64,000 nucleotides of DNA from an uncultured virus (IMG/VR IMGVR_UViG_3300021376_005091) (taxonomy: Duplodnaviria; Heunggongvirae; Uroviricota; Caudoviricetes). Position numbers and translations under genes: made by a program. The notes beneath the pieces are model-generated. The model did not search any database and was not told the DNA's origin. It was given only the letters and a program-made list of their open reading frames with translations. Of the stretch, positions 29,556 through 38,438 are shown piece after piece (the stretch's first letter is position 1; each line of letters begins with the position of its first letter). The stretch lies in the IMG/VR virus record IMGVR_UViG_3300021376_005091, one strand, 5' to 3'.

Positions 29556-29738
29556 ATGGACTATGACGAAAACGATCAAATAGAATATGTGGACGTGCGG
29601 GTGACGCCCGAAAGCATGGACGTACACATTCATGTATTAAAGAATAATGGTTATTCCGTACAAAAGAAGGCTTACTTTTTTGGCACTTGCCTTATTTGTT
29701 TTCTAGCAGGCATGTACCTCATGGGCATGATCAGATGA
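29556..29738 (+). CDS. Small protein with C-terminal TM helix
   Basis: Follows a consensus promoter; hydrophobic C-terminus. Confidence 0.55.
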   Translation: MDYDENDQIEYVDVRVTPESMDVHIHVLKNNGYSVQKKAYFFGTCLICFLAGMYLMGMIR

Positions 29739-30013
29739 TCAACAGCCATGTCAATCATGCTTGGCAGTTCGAGTGCGTGATGCCCAGTGGCAACAAGTTA
29801 CAATCATGGTTCTATGCTGACACTAAGGAAGACGCTGTGCAAAGGGTAAAAGAATACATGGAGGCAAAGTTGATTTCTATTAAGGAGATAGACGACCCCT
29901 TAGACACTGCCAAGAAACAGATGGAGAGCGAAAAGGCCAGAGAGGCTTTGAAAAAGAAACAGGAAGAGCAAGAAGAGAGACAGATTTCAAAAAAAAAAGA
30001 AGTCGATGAATAA
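29735..30013 (+). CDS. Hypothetical protein (start moved to 29735)
   Basis: ATGA overlap with the previous stop. Confidence 0.55.
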   Translation: MINSHVNHAWQFECVMPSGNKLQSWFYADTKEDAVQRVKEYMEAKLISIKEIDDPLDTAKKQMESEKAREALKKKQEEQEERQISKKKEVDE

Positions 30014-30167
30014 ATTACTGCTAATTATTTCTATCTTATTTCTTTTAAACTCCTGCTCTACCACAGTAGCAGTATTAGACGTCACAGGATCAGCGGTGGT
30101 GTATGCGGGCAAGACCATAGTGAACACAGTGGACATGCTTACTCCGGATATAATTAACAAAAAATAA
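30006..30167 (+). CDS. Small lipoprotein, 53 aa (not in the ORF track)
   Basis: MNKLLLIISILFLLNSCSTT..., lipobox LNSC; fills the gap exactly. Confidence 0.65.
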   Translation: MNKLLLIISILFLLNSCSTTVAVLDVTGSAVVYAGKTIVNTVDMLTPDIINKK

Positions 30168-30171
30168 TAAC

Positions 30172-30360
30172 ATGGAACAAATAGATATAACCTGCATTGA
30201 CAATGGTAAAACTAAACGTGCCGATGTGTTAAGCCGCACGGACAAGTACATGAAAGTGGCGGTGGAAGGAACCACGATGACCATAGAGATGTACCGTACA
30301 GATTTAAATAAACCGTACGTAGGAACCAAAGCAGGACTAGAGTTTAAATATGTGGACTGA
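30172..30360 (+). CDS. Hypothetical protein
   Basis: Packed between neighbouring ORFs. Confidence 0.6.
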   Translation: MEQIDITCIDNGKTKRADVLSRTDKYMKVAVEGTTMTIEMYRTDLNKPYVGTKAGLEFKYVD

Positions 30361-30829
30361 AAGTTTAAAATTTAAGATACAACTATATGCCCAATATTGG
30401 GACAAACCACCAATTGCAGATATTTGTGTTGGAGAGCAAAGCAAATTTAAACAAGAAATTACGGGCACACAGGAAAATCCTACCTTAATAGAATTTTTTC
30501 ATGATTTAAATGAAGGTCAAGAATACAAGTTTATTATTCATAGGTCTAATAAAGATGATTCACAAACTGTGCTAGAAGATAATAAAATTGTTAAAGATCA
30601 ATTACTGTTTATAAAGAGCATAGAGATCGATGAAATAGATTTAGGAGGATTGATTTACGAAGGTCTACATTATCCAGAATATCCAGAACCATGGGCTTCA
30701 CAACAGAAAAAAGAAGGCAAATTGTTGCCTGTAACCGTTAAAAATGTAACTTCGATGGGGCATAATGGCCGCTGGGAATTAACGTTTACTTCACCTTTCT
30801 ACATGTGGCTGTTGGAGAACCTGTATTAA
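30350..30829 (+). CDS. Hypothetical protein, AT-rich
   Basis: 159-aa ORF ending FTSPFYMWLLENL. Confidence 0.6.
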   Translation: MWTESLKFKIQLYAQYWDKPPIADICVGEQSKFKQEITGTQENPTLIEFFHDLNEGQEYKFIIHRSNKDDSQTVLEDNKIVKDQLLFIKSIEIDEIDLGGLIYEGLHYPEYPEPWASQQKKEGKLLPVTVKNVTSMGHNGRWELTFTSPFYMWLLENLY

Positions 30830-30843
30830 GCTAAATACAGGGC

Positions 30844-31251
30844 ATGAGCAACTACCAAGATATCCGAGTATTATTAACTAGATTGGACAGCATAGCGGCA
30901 GAACCCGCTTACGAACCACTGCCGGAGGCAGATGAGATCACCGTGGAGGACACACAGGATTTTCACGAGATGTTTGGTTATTTGGGATTTCCGGAAACAG
31001 AATTGTGGGAAGCCGAATATCGAGGCAGGAAAGTGGCATTGGGCAGACCAATGAAGGGTGACGTCAAAAAATTCAAAGTTTATGTAAAAGATCCCAAGAC
31101 TGGAAATGTTAAGAAAGTGAACTTTGGTGATCCCAATATGAGGATCAAGAAACACATTCCGGGAAGAAGAAAGAGCTTCAGAGCGAGACACAACTGCGCC
31201 AACCCAGGACCTAGGACCAAAGCAAGGTATTGGAGTTGCAGGAAATGGTAA
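30844..31251 (+). CDS. Late protein with basic C-terminal domain
   Basis: TAAATA 6 nt upstream; KKFKVYVKDPKTGNVKKVNFGD...RRKSFRARHNC...ARYWSC. Confidence 0.65.
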   Translation: MSNYQDIRVLLTRLDSIAAEPAYEPLPEADEITVEDTQDFHEMFGYLGFPETELWEAEYRGRKVALGRPMKGDVKKFKVYVKDPKTGNVKKVNFGDPNMRIKKHIPGRRKSFRARHNCANPGPRTKARYWSCRKW

Positions 31252-31598
31252 GGGCTCATCAGTTCATATCAGAATCCAGCATTGACGCAGTGAATGAACT
31301 GGATCTTTATATCAACAACAACGAAGATCTCTATAGAAAAAATTTTATGCCTCTGATATTTTGGCTGAACAGATCACTTAAGAATAATACTTACGATCAC
31401 GACAATGCAGTTAAAAGATGGAACCTGTTAGTCAATGATGCTGCCAAGGCCTACACAAAAGAGTTTGGTAAGCCAGGCGAAGACGTCAAGGATTTCTTTC
31501 CGCAAGCGACCAGAGAGAAAGTGGCACAGGTGCTCGCCGACAGAGAACTTGAAAATATGAAAAAGGGTGAGTACGATGTTGCTAAAGGAACTATTTGA
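31245..31598 (+). CDS. Hypothetical late protein (start moved to 31245)
   Basis: MVRAHQFISE leader; ELDLYINNNEDLY. Confidence 0.6.
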   Translation: MVRAHQFISESSIDAVNELDLYINNNEDLYRKNFMPLIFWLNRSLKNNTYDHDNAVKRWNLLVNDAAKAYTKEFGKPGEDVKDFFPQATREKVAQVLADRELENMKKGEYDVAKGTI

Positions 31599-32748
31599 GG
31601 CCAAGAACGATTCCATAGTTTTTGCATTCGGCAGATATAACCCGCCCACACTGGGACATGAGGCCGTGTTTCAGAAAGTATTGAACACCGCCAAGTCCAA
31701 GGCTGCTGACCACTCCATATTCATCAGCTCAACGCAAAAGCCCAAGACAGATCCCTTGCCGTTCTCCTACAAGTTAAATTATCTTAGAAAGGCCTACACA
31801 GGCGTGAACTTTCACGGTGACGACACTATCAGGACCATCGTGCAATTGTTGCAGGAATTGATGAACCGAGGATACAAGAATATCACCATGGTGGCTGGCT
31901 CGGATCGAGTGACGGAATTCAAAACATTCCTAAATCAGTATAACAATAAGCCTGACAAGAAAGGCAGCATACCCTTCCAGTTCGACACGATAGATGTTGT
32001 GAGCTCGGGTGAGAGAGATCCGGACCAGGAAGGCATAGGTGGCATCAGTGCCAGCGGTGCTCGAGCAGCCGCGGCGTCGGGAGATCAGAACAGCTTCATG
32101 AAGATGGTAAATCCCAAGTTCGGCACCGAACTGTATCAAGAATTGAGACGATACATGGGAGTTAAAGAGCAGGTTGCAACAAACACGGAAAAGTTGTATA
32201 CTCAGTCAATGCCTGAACAGAAAAATGGTAAACCCACTGTTTACCTGGACATGGACGGAGTGCTGGCTGATTTCTTTGGTGGGGTCGAGAAGCTCTATGG
32301 AGTGAATCATTGGAAGCAACTGGCGTCCGACAAGACCAAAGATCTCAGACAGGACGTGATCGACAGGATCACAGGCACCAACTTCTTTGAGACCTTGCCC
32401 AAGTTTTCCACAACTGATGCTCTCATAGGCTTGATCAAAAAATTCACCGGTGGCAGATTCTCAATACTGACATCTCCACTGAGGGGAGATCATGACAACT
32501 CTGCCAGGTACAAGAAGGTCTGGATCAACCAGAACATAGAACAGCCAGACGAGACCATAGTGACCGGCAGGAAGGAAAAATATGCCACCGCCAATGGCGC
32601 TGCCAACATCTTGATTGATGATCGTCCCGTAAATATAGAAAAATGGCAAAGCAAGGGAGGCTATGGAATCTTGTATCAGGCCAACAAAGACTCATTAAAT
32701 ACGATAGAACAGGGTTTAAAAAATTACGGAGAAAAAAATGGTAATTGA
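31576..32748 (+). CDS. Fusion of a cytidyltransferase-like (HIGH) nucleotidyltransferase and a HAD 5'(3')-deoxyribonucleotidase
   Basis: FGRYNPPTLGH, VAGSDR and ISAS in the N-half; YLDMDGVLADF, ILTSP and LIDD in the C-half; MLLKELFE leader. Confidence 0.85.
   Translation: MLLKELFEAKNDSIVFAFGRYNPPTLGHEAVFQKVLNTAKSKAADHSIFISSTQKPKTDPLPFSYKLNYLRKAYTGVNFHGDDTIRTIVQLLQELMNRGYKNITMVAGSDRVTEFKTFLNQYNNKPDKKGSIPFQFDTIDVVSSGERDPDQEGIGGISASGARAAAASGDQNSFMKMVNPKFGTELYQELRRYMGVKEQVATNTEKLYTQSMPEQKNGKPTVYLDMDGVLADFFGGVEKLYGVNHWKQLASDKTKDLRQDVIDRITGTNFFETLPKFSTTDALIGLIKKFTGGRFSILTSPLRGDHDNSARYKKVWINQNIEQPDETIVTGRKEKYATANGAANILIDDRPVNIEKWQSKGGYGILYQANKDSLNTIEQGLKNYGEKNGN
32174..32202 (+). promoter_or_regulatory. 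Internal sigma70-type promoter inside the fusion gene
   Basis: TTGCAA-N17-TATACT, 6 nt before the in-frame ATG 32209 that begins the HAD domain. Confidence 0.5.
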
Positions 32749-32980
32749 CATAAGGAGAGATTATAGGTCAGACAAAGAGATCAAAACAGCGCAGGACGAG
32801 AAAGATCGCATGATGCAGGAGTTCCTGGCCCGTGGCGGCAAGGTTGAAAAATTAGCACCAGGTATCGCCAAAGGAGCATCAAGTCTAAACCGCAGCGGCA
32901 AACTGCAATACAACGAATCAGATATCAAAGCACAGGCGCAGCAGAAAGCTGACCATCGTTTTTTCAACAAGGAAGAGTAA
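32738..32980 (+). CDS. Hypothetical protein
   Basis: GGAG RBS; EFLARGGKVEKL motif. Confidence 0.6.
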   Translation: MVIDIRRDYRSDKEIKTAQDEKDRMMQEFLARGGKVEKLAPGIAKGASSLNRSGKLQYNESDIKAQAQQKADHRFFNKEE

Positions 32981-32986
32981 TCAAAC

Positions 32987-33607
32987 ATGTCATTCATTTT
33001 AACAAAAGAACAGTTGCAATCAATAATTGGTAATAACCCCGACCTGGAGGGATGGCATCAAGCCCTGTCAAATGTGTTGCCCGAATATGAGATCGATACA
33101 GCAGAGCGAGTGGCAGCATTCATAGCACAATGCGCGCACGAGAGCGGAGGATTCAAAAGATTGAAAGAAAATTTAAATTATAGATGGGAGAGCTTGAGAA
33201 AGGTGTTCCCAAAATATTTCTCCACAGATGAGTTGGCAAAAGAATACGCACACAAACAGGAACAGATTGCCAATCGAGTCTATGCGAGCAGGATGGGCAA
33301 CGGTGACGAATCATCAGGAGATGGGTTCAGATACTGTGGCAGGGGATTGATACAATTGACTGGCAAGAACAATTACAGCAAATTTGCAGAGAGTGTCGGC
33401 ATGGCCGTGGAAGAAATTCCGGCTTTACTGGAGACATTTGAAGGGGCAGTAAAGAGTGCCTGCTGGTTCTGGAAAACCAATAATCTAAATCAGTATGCCG
33501 ATGACGGAGACATCCTCACAATGACCAAACGCATCAACGGTGGCACCATTGGTCTGGAGGACAGAATAAAACACTACAAACACGCATTGGAGGTATTTTC
33601 ATCTTAA
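32987..33607 (+). CDS. Glycoside hydrolase family 19 endolysin
   Basis: AAFIAQCAHESGGF, ENLNY, YCGRGLIQLTG, TKRINGG. Confidence 0.92.
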   Translation: MSFILTKEQLQSIIGNNPDLEGWHQALSNVLPEYEIDTAERVAAFIAQCAHESGGFKRLKENLNYRWESLRKVFPKYFSTDELAKEYAHKQEQIANRVYASRMGNGDESSGDGFRYCGRGLIQLTGKNNYSKFAESVGMAVEEIPALLETFEGAVKSACWFWKTNNLNQYADDGDILTMTKRINGGTIGLEDRIKHYKHALEVFSS

Positions 33608-33611
33608 TAAT

Positions 33612-33821
33612 ATGGACCTCGAACATTTGAAAAAATTAGCAGGCATAGCAAACACCCAGGCACATCAGCCCAGTGTTGGTGAAAATATCAGCCACTCCGC
33701 CACGGAGAAATCTGAATACCAAAGAAAGCACGGAATACAGCCCGGCACGCCAGAATGGTTTCGACTATGGTTCTCTCGCCCTTACCTCACTGGCGAAGAT
33801 CCGATGCCTCGCAAAAAATAA
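33612..33821 (+). CDS. Hypothetical late protein
   Basis: LKKLAGI motif; IQPGTPEWFRLWF. Confidence 0.6.
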   Translation: MDLEHLKKLAGIANTQAHQPSVGENISHSATEKSEYQRKHGIQPGTPEWFRLWFSRPYLTGEDPMPRKK

Positions 33822-33827
33822 TCAACC

Positions 33828-34907
33828 ATGTTTGATACACGTGCTAACAAAGCTATCTGTGTATTGCCTTGGATACACGAACACCTAGATCTAAGCGGAA
33901 GACAAAGACCTTGTTGTTATGGATCGGCTCTATCAGCGAATAACAGTTTGGATGATGTGAGACGATTAATGCTGGAAGGACAACAACCCAGTGTCTGCAA
34001 TAGCTGTTATGAGCAGGAAAGACAGGGAGAAAGTAGTCCCAGAATAAGAGAAACAATAAAATGGGTTAGGAAATTTTCAGCACCAAAAATAGATGAAACA
34101 AACATACAATACATAGACATAAGAAACGATCCTACTTGTAATTTGAAATGCAAAACATGTGGTCCAGGGGCCAGCACATTGTGGGCGAAAGAGAAGGGGA
34201 TAAAATTAACAAAACCTATGCACAATTTAAACAAATATAATAAAAAAGATTTAAAAAAAGTTTACATGGCCGGTGGAGAACCCACGTACAATGCATCTTA
34301 TTTGGAATTCTTAAAAGATTTGGCCATCGAGAATCCAGATTGTGAAATAGTCATCAATACCAATTTGAAAAATTTGCCATCTAGATGGAAAAAAATCATA
34401 ACATTATTCAAAAATTTTACTGTAACAATTTCCTGCGATGCTATAGGACAATTGGGATCTTACGTTAGATATCCCCTCGAATGGAACAAATTTGAAGAGA
34501 ACATAAATTTTTGTAGAAACAATGGTATCTCTATCATGTTTAATTTGGTTGCTTCCAATATCACTGTGCATGACATAAAAAATACTGTGGAATGGATGAG
34601 TCAATACACCCGCAGCATCAGTCTTAGTCCTGTCGTGGGAAACATATGGACTCATGCCGCAGTGCCAATGGAACAAAGACAGAGATACATTGATAACCTA
34701 ATAAAAATAAAGAAATTTAACATAGACAATTATAAAGCGCACCAATTCAGATTAAATGTAGAATCGCTGATTAAAAAATATAGTGAAGACAACTATGACA
34801 AAAATCTACATGAAATGTTGAAAAATGAGATAAAATCGCAGGATATGCACAGAACTTTAAGGCTTGAAGATGTGGACGTATTTTTAAATACTTGGATTTT
34901 TGCTTAA
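33828..34907 (+). CDS. Radical SAM protein with N-terminal twitch/SPASM-like Cys cluster
   Basis: CNLKCKTC, AGGEP, NTN; CVLPW..PCC...C..C. Confidence 0.88.
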   Translation: MFDTRANKAICVLPWIHEHLDLSGRQRPCCYGSALSANNSLDDVRRLMLEGQQPSVCNSCYEQERQGESSPRIRETIKWVRKFSAPKIDETNIQYIDIRNDPTCNLKCKTCGPGASTLWAKEKGIKLTKPMHNLNKYNKKDLKKVYMAGGEPTYNASYLEFLKDLAIENPDCEIVINTNLKNLPSRWKKIITLFKNFTVTISCDAIGQLGSYVRYPLEWNKFEENINFCRNNGISIMFNLVASNITVHDIKNTVEWMSQYTRSISLSPVVGNIWTHAAVPMEQRQRYIDNLIKIKKFNIDNYKAHQFRLNVESLIKKYSEDNYDKNLHEMLKNEIKSQDMHRTLRLEDVDVFLNTWIFA

Positions 34908-34915
34908 ATACTCAT

Positions 34916-35512
34916 ATGAAATTCATGATATTCAATGGCAGCCTAAAGAAAACCGAAGTCAGCAACACCTATGCCGTGTGCGAATTGGTAGCTGCTGAAT
35001 TCAAGAAGCAAGGTTCCGAGTGCAAAATAATCACCATGAATGAGATAGACTATGAATGCGGCACGGAGAGCTACGATGATCAGCTCAAACCCATACTGGC
35101 GGACTTTATAAAAAACTATGATGGATTGATATTCGCCACTCCCATCTGGTGGGGTCTGCACAGCGGCTACATATCATCTGTTATCGAGCGTTTTGACTAC
35201 ATCGACGGCTGGAGCAGAGACAACAAATACTATCCCAACTACAACAAGGTTTTCGGCTCCGTGGTTTCAGGAGGCGGCGATGGATTCCAGCACATCCATG
35301 GAATGTTTTTGAACTTCGCCACGCAATTGGGTTTTACCATACCTCCCAGATGCACAGTTGAGGCCAAACCACAGGGCAGGGACAACATCATGAAAGACAA
35401 GGAGCTGGCAGAGGAGATAGAGAGGTTCTGCCGGCAGCTCACCGTGTGGGCAGCTTTGATAAAGGGTGGAAATCCAAGCCAGTTCGGCCAGCACCAACAG
35501 GTGGATAAGTAA
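34916..35512 (+). CDS. Flavodoxin-like NAD(P)H-dependent FMN reductase family protein (start moved to 34916)
   Basis: FNGSLK..SNT, FATPIWWG; TAAATA 5 nt before the ATG. Confidence 0.8.
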   Translation: MKFMIFNGSLKKTEVSNTYAVCELVAAEFKKQGSECKIITMNEIDYECGTESYDDQLKPILADFIKNYDGLIFATPIWWGLHSGYISSVIERFDYIDGWSRDNKYYPNYNKVFGSVVSGGGDGFQHIHGMFLNFATQLGFTIPPRCTVEAKPQGRDNIMKDKELAEEIERFCRQLTVWAALIKGGNPSQFGQHQQVDK

Positions 35513-35518
35513 CATATC

Positions 35519-35959
35519 ATGACTCCAGAAATAGGCAAGATCGCAAAACAGGCCTTTGCGGACAGCTTCCTTTTTTACCTACAGGCACACTACTATCACT
35601 GGAACGTGGAAGGCAGGAACTTCCCACAGGATCATGAGCTGCTGGGCAAGATATATGAAGAAGTTTTCGAGGCCATTGACAAGTTCGCGGAAGAGCTTAG
35701 GGCCATGGGCACATATGCCCCAGGAGTGTTTGATCGATTACGAGAATTGGCCACCATACAGCAGTCGGACGAGATACCTGCAGCGGAAAAGATGTATGAG
35801 AATTTGATCGACAGCAACGACAAGGTGCTGAAGAGCTTGAACGCGGCCTTTGACGTGTTGGAGGCCAACCACCTGCATGGATTCAGTGACTTCATAGCTG
35901 AAAGGATCGACAGGCACAGCAAGCACGGCTGGATGCTGAGGAGCACAGTGAAAAAATGA
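35519..35959 (+). CDS. dps: Dps ferritin-like protein
   Basis: HYYHWNVEG, HELL..IYE, DKFAEELR, KHGWML. Confidence 0.92.
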   Translation: MTPEIGKIAKQAFADSFLFYLQAHYYHWNVEGRNFPQDHELLGKIYEEVFEAIDKFAEELRAMGTYAPGVFDRLRELATIQQSDEIPAAEKMYENLIDSNDKVLKSLNAAFDVLEANHLHGFSDFIAERIDRHSKHGWMLRSTVKK

Positions 35960-36525
35960 AGATCAGGGAAATCACAGAAGATTTATTTAAACAAAATTTC
36001 TCCAAGATCAATGCCATTGTGACACAACAGCATTCCGATGTAATTAGAAAATTATTGGGGGAAATGTTCCCCAAGCAACGTGAGATCATTGATTTCGCTT
36101 ACCGAGACGAAGTGCCTTTTGCAGAATGGAGAAGATTTATATATGAAATAGATCAATGGGTGTTGACCGGTCCGGTGGTCTTACAGGCCAGCCAAATACC
36201 ACCACACGAGCGAGAGTATGAGTTGGAGTTGGAAAAAAGATATAATCAATATGTACAAGATAAGGAAGCAGGTAGGCCGGCAAGATATTTTAGGCAGAAT
36301 GACGCAGATCCCAGAACAATAGACTTTTCCAAGCTGCCACCCATGACAATGTCTCGATCACCACGAGGATCAGAAATCGTTGACGGTAACCACCGTGCAT
36401 TCCTGGCAAAAAAAGCCCGCCAACCACTGAAGTCCTACGTGTGGAACAACACCACAAACAATCATCCCAATGTGGCCAAAATAAAATCACTGTTTGCAGA
36501 AATAGACAACCGGGTTGCCGCATGA
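35956..36525 (+). CDS. ParB/Srx-like domain protein with MKIREI leader
   Basis: LPP...IVDGNHRAF. Confidence 0.65.
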   Translation: MKIREITEDLFKQNFSKINAIVTQQHSDVIRKLLGEMFPKQREIIDFAYRDEVPFAEWRRFIYEIDQWVLTGPVVLQASQIPPHEREYELELEKRYNQYVQDKEAGRPARYFRQNDADPRTIDFSKLPPMTMSRSPRGSEIVDGNHRAFLAKKARQPLKSYVWNNTTNNHPNVAKIKSLFAEIDNRVAA

Positions 36526-36689
36526 AGATAAGAGAAATACTATACACCAAAGACCCCAACATGATACATCCTGACGTGAATCGCATCATCAACCGATACG
36601 AGAAGCGTGCCACCACCAGGGTCAAACAGGGCAACAAGATGGGATACCATGCGGGCTTCCCCATGGGCTACCCGTTCCGAGTGCGATGA
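36522..36689 (+). CDS. Small protein with MKIREI leader (start moved to 36522)
   Basis: ATGA overlaps on both sides. Confidence 0.55.
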   Translation: MKIREILYTKDPNMIHPDVNRIINRYEKRATTRVKQGNKMGYHAGFPMGYPFRVR

Positions 36690-37000
36690 AGATCAGAGAG
36701 ATAGTTCATAGAGAAGATGCTGCTGGGGTTGGCATAATCACCAAGCAAAACACCACCCAGGATGTGCGACCTGGCGAAACAGAGAGAAATTTAAGAAAAT
36801 TGCATCTGATCAATTCCATACAAGAGAATTTCGCGGATGGCAAGGGTCCGGGACGCAAAGGTGACAGCAAGCGAGCAGGCATACCCAAGGGTGCCACCAT
36901 CGCGCAACTTAAGAAGATACGCAGTTCTAAAACTGCTTCGCCACGCAAGAAACAGCTGGCACACTGGCAGATCAACATGCGGCAAGGCAAGAAAAAATAA
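36686..37000 (+). CDS. Basic late protein with MKIREI leader
   Basis: EDAAGVGIITKQNTT and ENFADGKGPGRKG modules. Confidence 0.65.
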   Translation: MKIREIVHREDAAGVGIITKQNTTQDVRPGETERNLRKLHLINSIQENFADGKGPGRKGDSKRAGIPKGATIAQLKKIRSSKTASPRKKQLAHWQINMRQGKKK

Positions 37001-37029
37001 ACAGACAAAAAATTAAAATAAGTACGAGC

Positions 37030-37401
37030 ATGAAGAATAATTCTGCTTGGGGATATCATTTGATGTTGGATTGCAGCGGTTGCAATGATAACATTAAAAA
37101 TAAGAAGGCGATCGAAAATTTCATAAAAGATCTTCTACACACGATCAAAATGATTCCACATGGAAAACCTCAAATAGAATATCTATTATCAGGACATAAA
37201 AATCAAGGTTACAGCATGATTCAATTGATCAAGACGTCAAACATATCTGCACATTTTATGGATCTCGATGGCACAGCATATTTTGATATTTTTAGTTGCA
37301 AAAGATTCGATCCAAAATTGGCAGAGAAAATTATAAAGAAACATTTTGGTCCTAAAAAATATACAACCAAATTCTTAACTAGACAAGCACCAAAGATATA
37401 A
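37030..37401 (+). CDS. speD: Pyruvoyl-dependent S-adenosylmethionine decarboxylase-like proenzyme
   Basis: WGYHLMLDC, GYS..QLIKTSNISAH, YFDIFSC. Confidence 0.8.
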   Translation: MKNNSAWGYHLMLDCSGCNDNIKNKKAIENFIKDLLHTIKMIPHGKPQIEYLLSGHKNQGYSMIQLIKTSNISAHFMDLDGTAYFDIFSCKRFDPKLAEKIIKKHFGPKKYTTKFLTRQAPKI

Positions 37402-37403
37402 GA

Positions 37404-37937
37404 ATGTTAAACGTGTTAGCATTGGGGTTTTATTGTGAAATTTATAAAAAAAGACCTAACACTAGAATCTTTTTTGATAATATTTTCATCGATGAATTTG
37501 ATATTGAACCACACAATTTTGAAGATTATAATTCTATACCTAATTTAAGATTTTATCAATTGGACTTGACAGGTGCATGGAAACATTCTATTAGACTAGA
37601 AATAAAAAATAGCGATAGTAATTATAACAATGGTTTTATGACTAAATCTACGTTGATTAAATTTCATACATGTCTTCTTGTGCCTTGTAATGATTATCAA
37701 TATGTTCTTGATACAATTAAATCTACGCATAATTTTAAATTCCAAGAACCGCGTTCAACAGCCTTTGATTTGATACCTTATCTTTTCTGGAAAGATAAAA
37801 AAAATAATTGTGTAGAGAACGTATCACATTTAACTATAGGTGGTTCTGGAGTGTTTGCTTGTGATTTGGTTAAACATCTTGACATTGTAACACCAAAATT
37901 TAGGTCTCCATGGTATTATAATTGGCAAGGAGAATAA
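37404..37937 (+). CDS. Hypothetical protein, AT-rich
   Basis: 177-aa ORF packed after speD. Confidence 0.55.
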   Translation: MLNVLALGFYCEIYKKRPNTRIFFDNIFIDEFDIEPHNFEDYNSIPNLRFYQLDLTGAWKHSIRLEIKNSDSNYNNGFMTKSTLIKFHTCLLVPCNDYQYVLDTIKSTHNFKFQEPRSTAFDLIPYLFWKDKKNNCVENVSHLTIGGSGVFACDLVKHLDIVTPKFRSPWYYNWQGE

Positions 37938-37965
37938 AAAAATCTAAAAAAAAATAAATAGGAAT

Positions 37966-38232
37966 ATGAAAATCAAAGAAGTAATGATCAGAGAGACAGC
38001 ATCAGCAGGAGCGACTAGCGCAGGCAACATCGCCAGCATTGCCAACCCACACGTGGCCATAGGGCCAGACAGATTCAAGAAGAGCTTTACAGGAACTCCA
38101 GGACAATCAGGTACACGAGCACCCAGAGTGCCACGGGCCTACACTCCAAAGAAAGCGGACGGCACTGCCAAGGGCGCCCATGAATTGAAAGGCACCAACC
38201 TGTTTGGTGGCCCGGGATTTGCAAGGAGATGA
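37966..38232 (+). CDS. Late protein with MKIKEV leader
   Basis: TAAATA 5 nt upstream; ETASAGATSAGNIA. Confidence 0.65.
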   Translation: MKIKEVMIRETASAGATSAGNIASIANPHVAIGPDRFKKSFTGTPGQSGTRAPRVPRAYTPKKADGTAKGAHELKGTNLFGGPGFARR

Positions 38233-38408
38233 TGGAAATCAAAAGCAAAGACTACTGCGTCAACTGCGGACACGGTAGCCACTGTGGCAAGCGACTGGAG
38301 CGCTGGGAACATGAAAAAGTGGGCAGCGTGGTTAGGCATCGGTGGAAGATAGAGGTGTGCAGGACCTGCTCCTGTGATCTATGCGAAGAGGGTTTCACAG
38401 AGGAATAG
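38229..38408 (+). CDS. Small Cys/His-rich protein, 59 aa (not in the ORF track)
   Basis: CVNCGHGSHCG...EVCRTCSCDLC; AAGGAG RBS and ATGA overlap. Confidence 0.65.
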   Translation: MMEIKSKDYCVNCGHGSHCGKRLERWEHEKVGSVVRHRWKIEVCRTCSCDLCEEGFTEE

Positions 38409-38438
38409 TTCTAGGCAGTTCGCAGCATAAATACGCAC

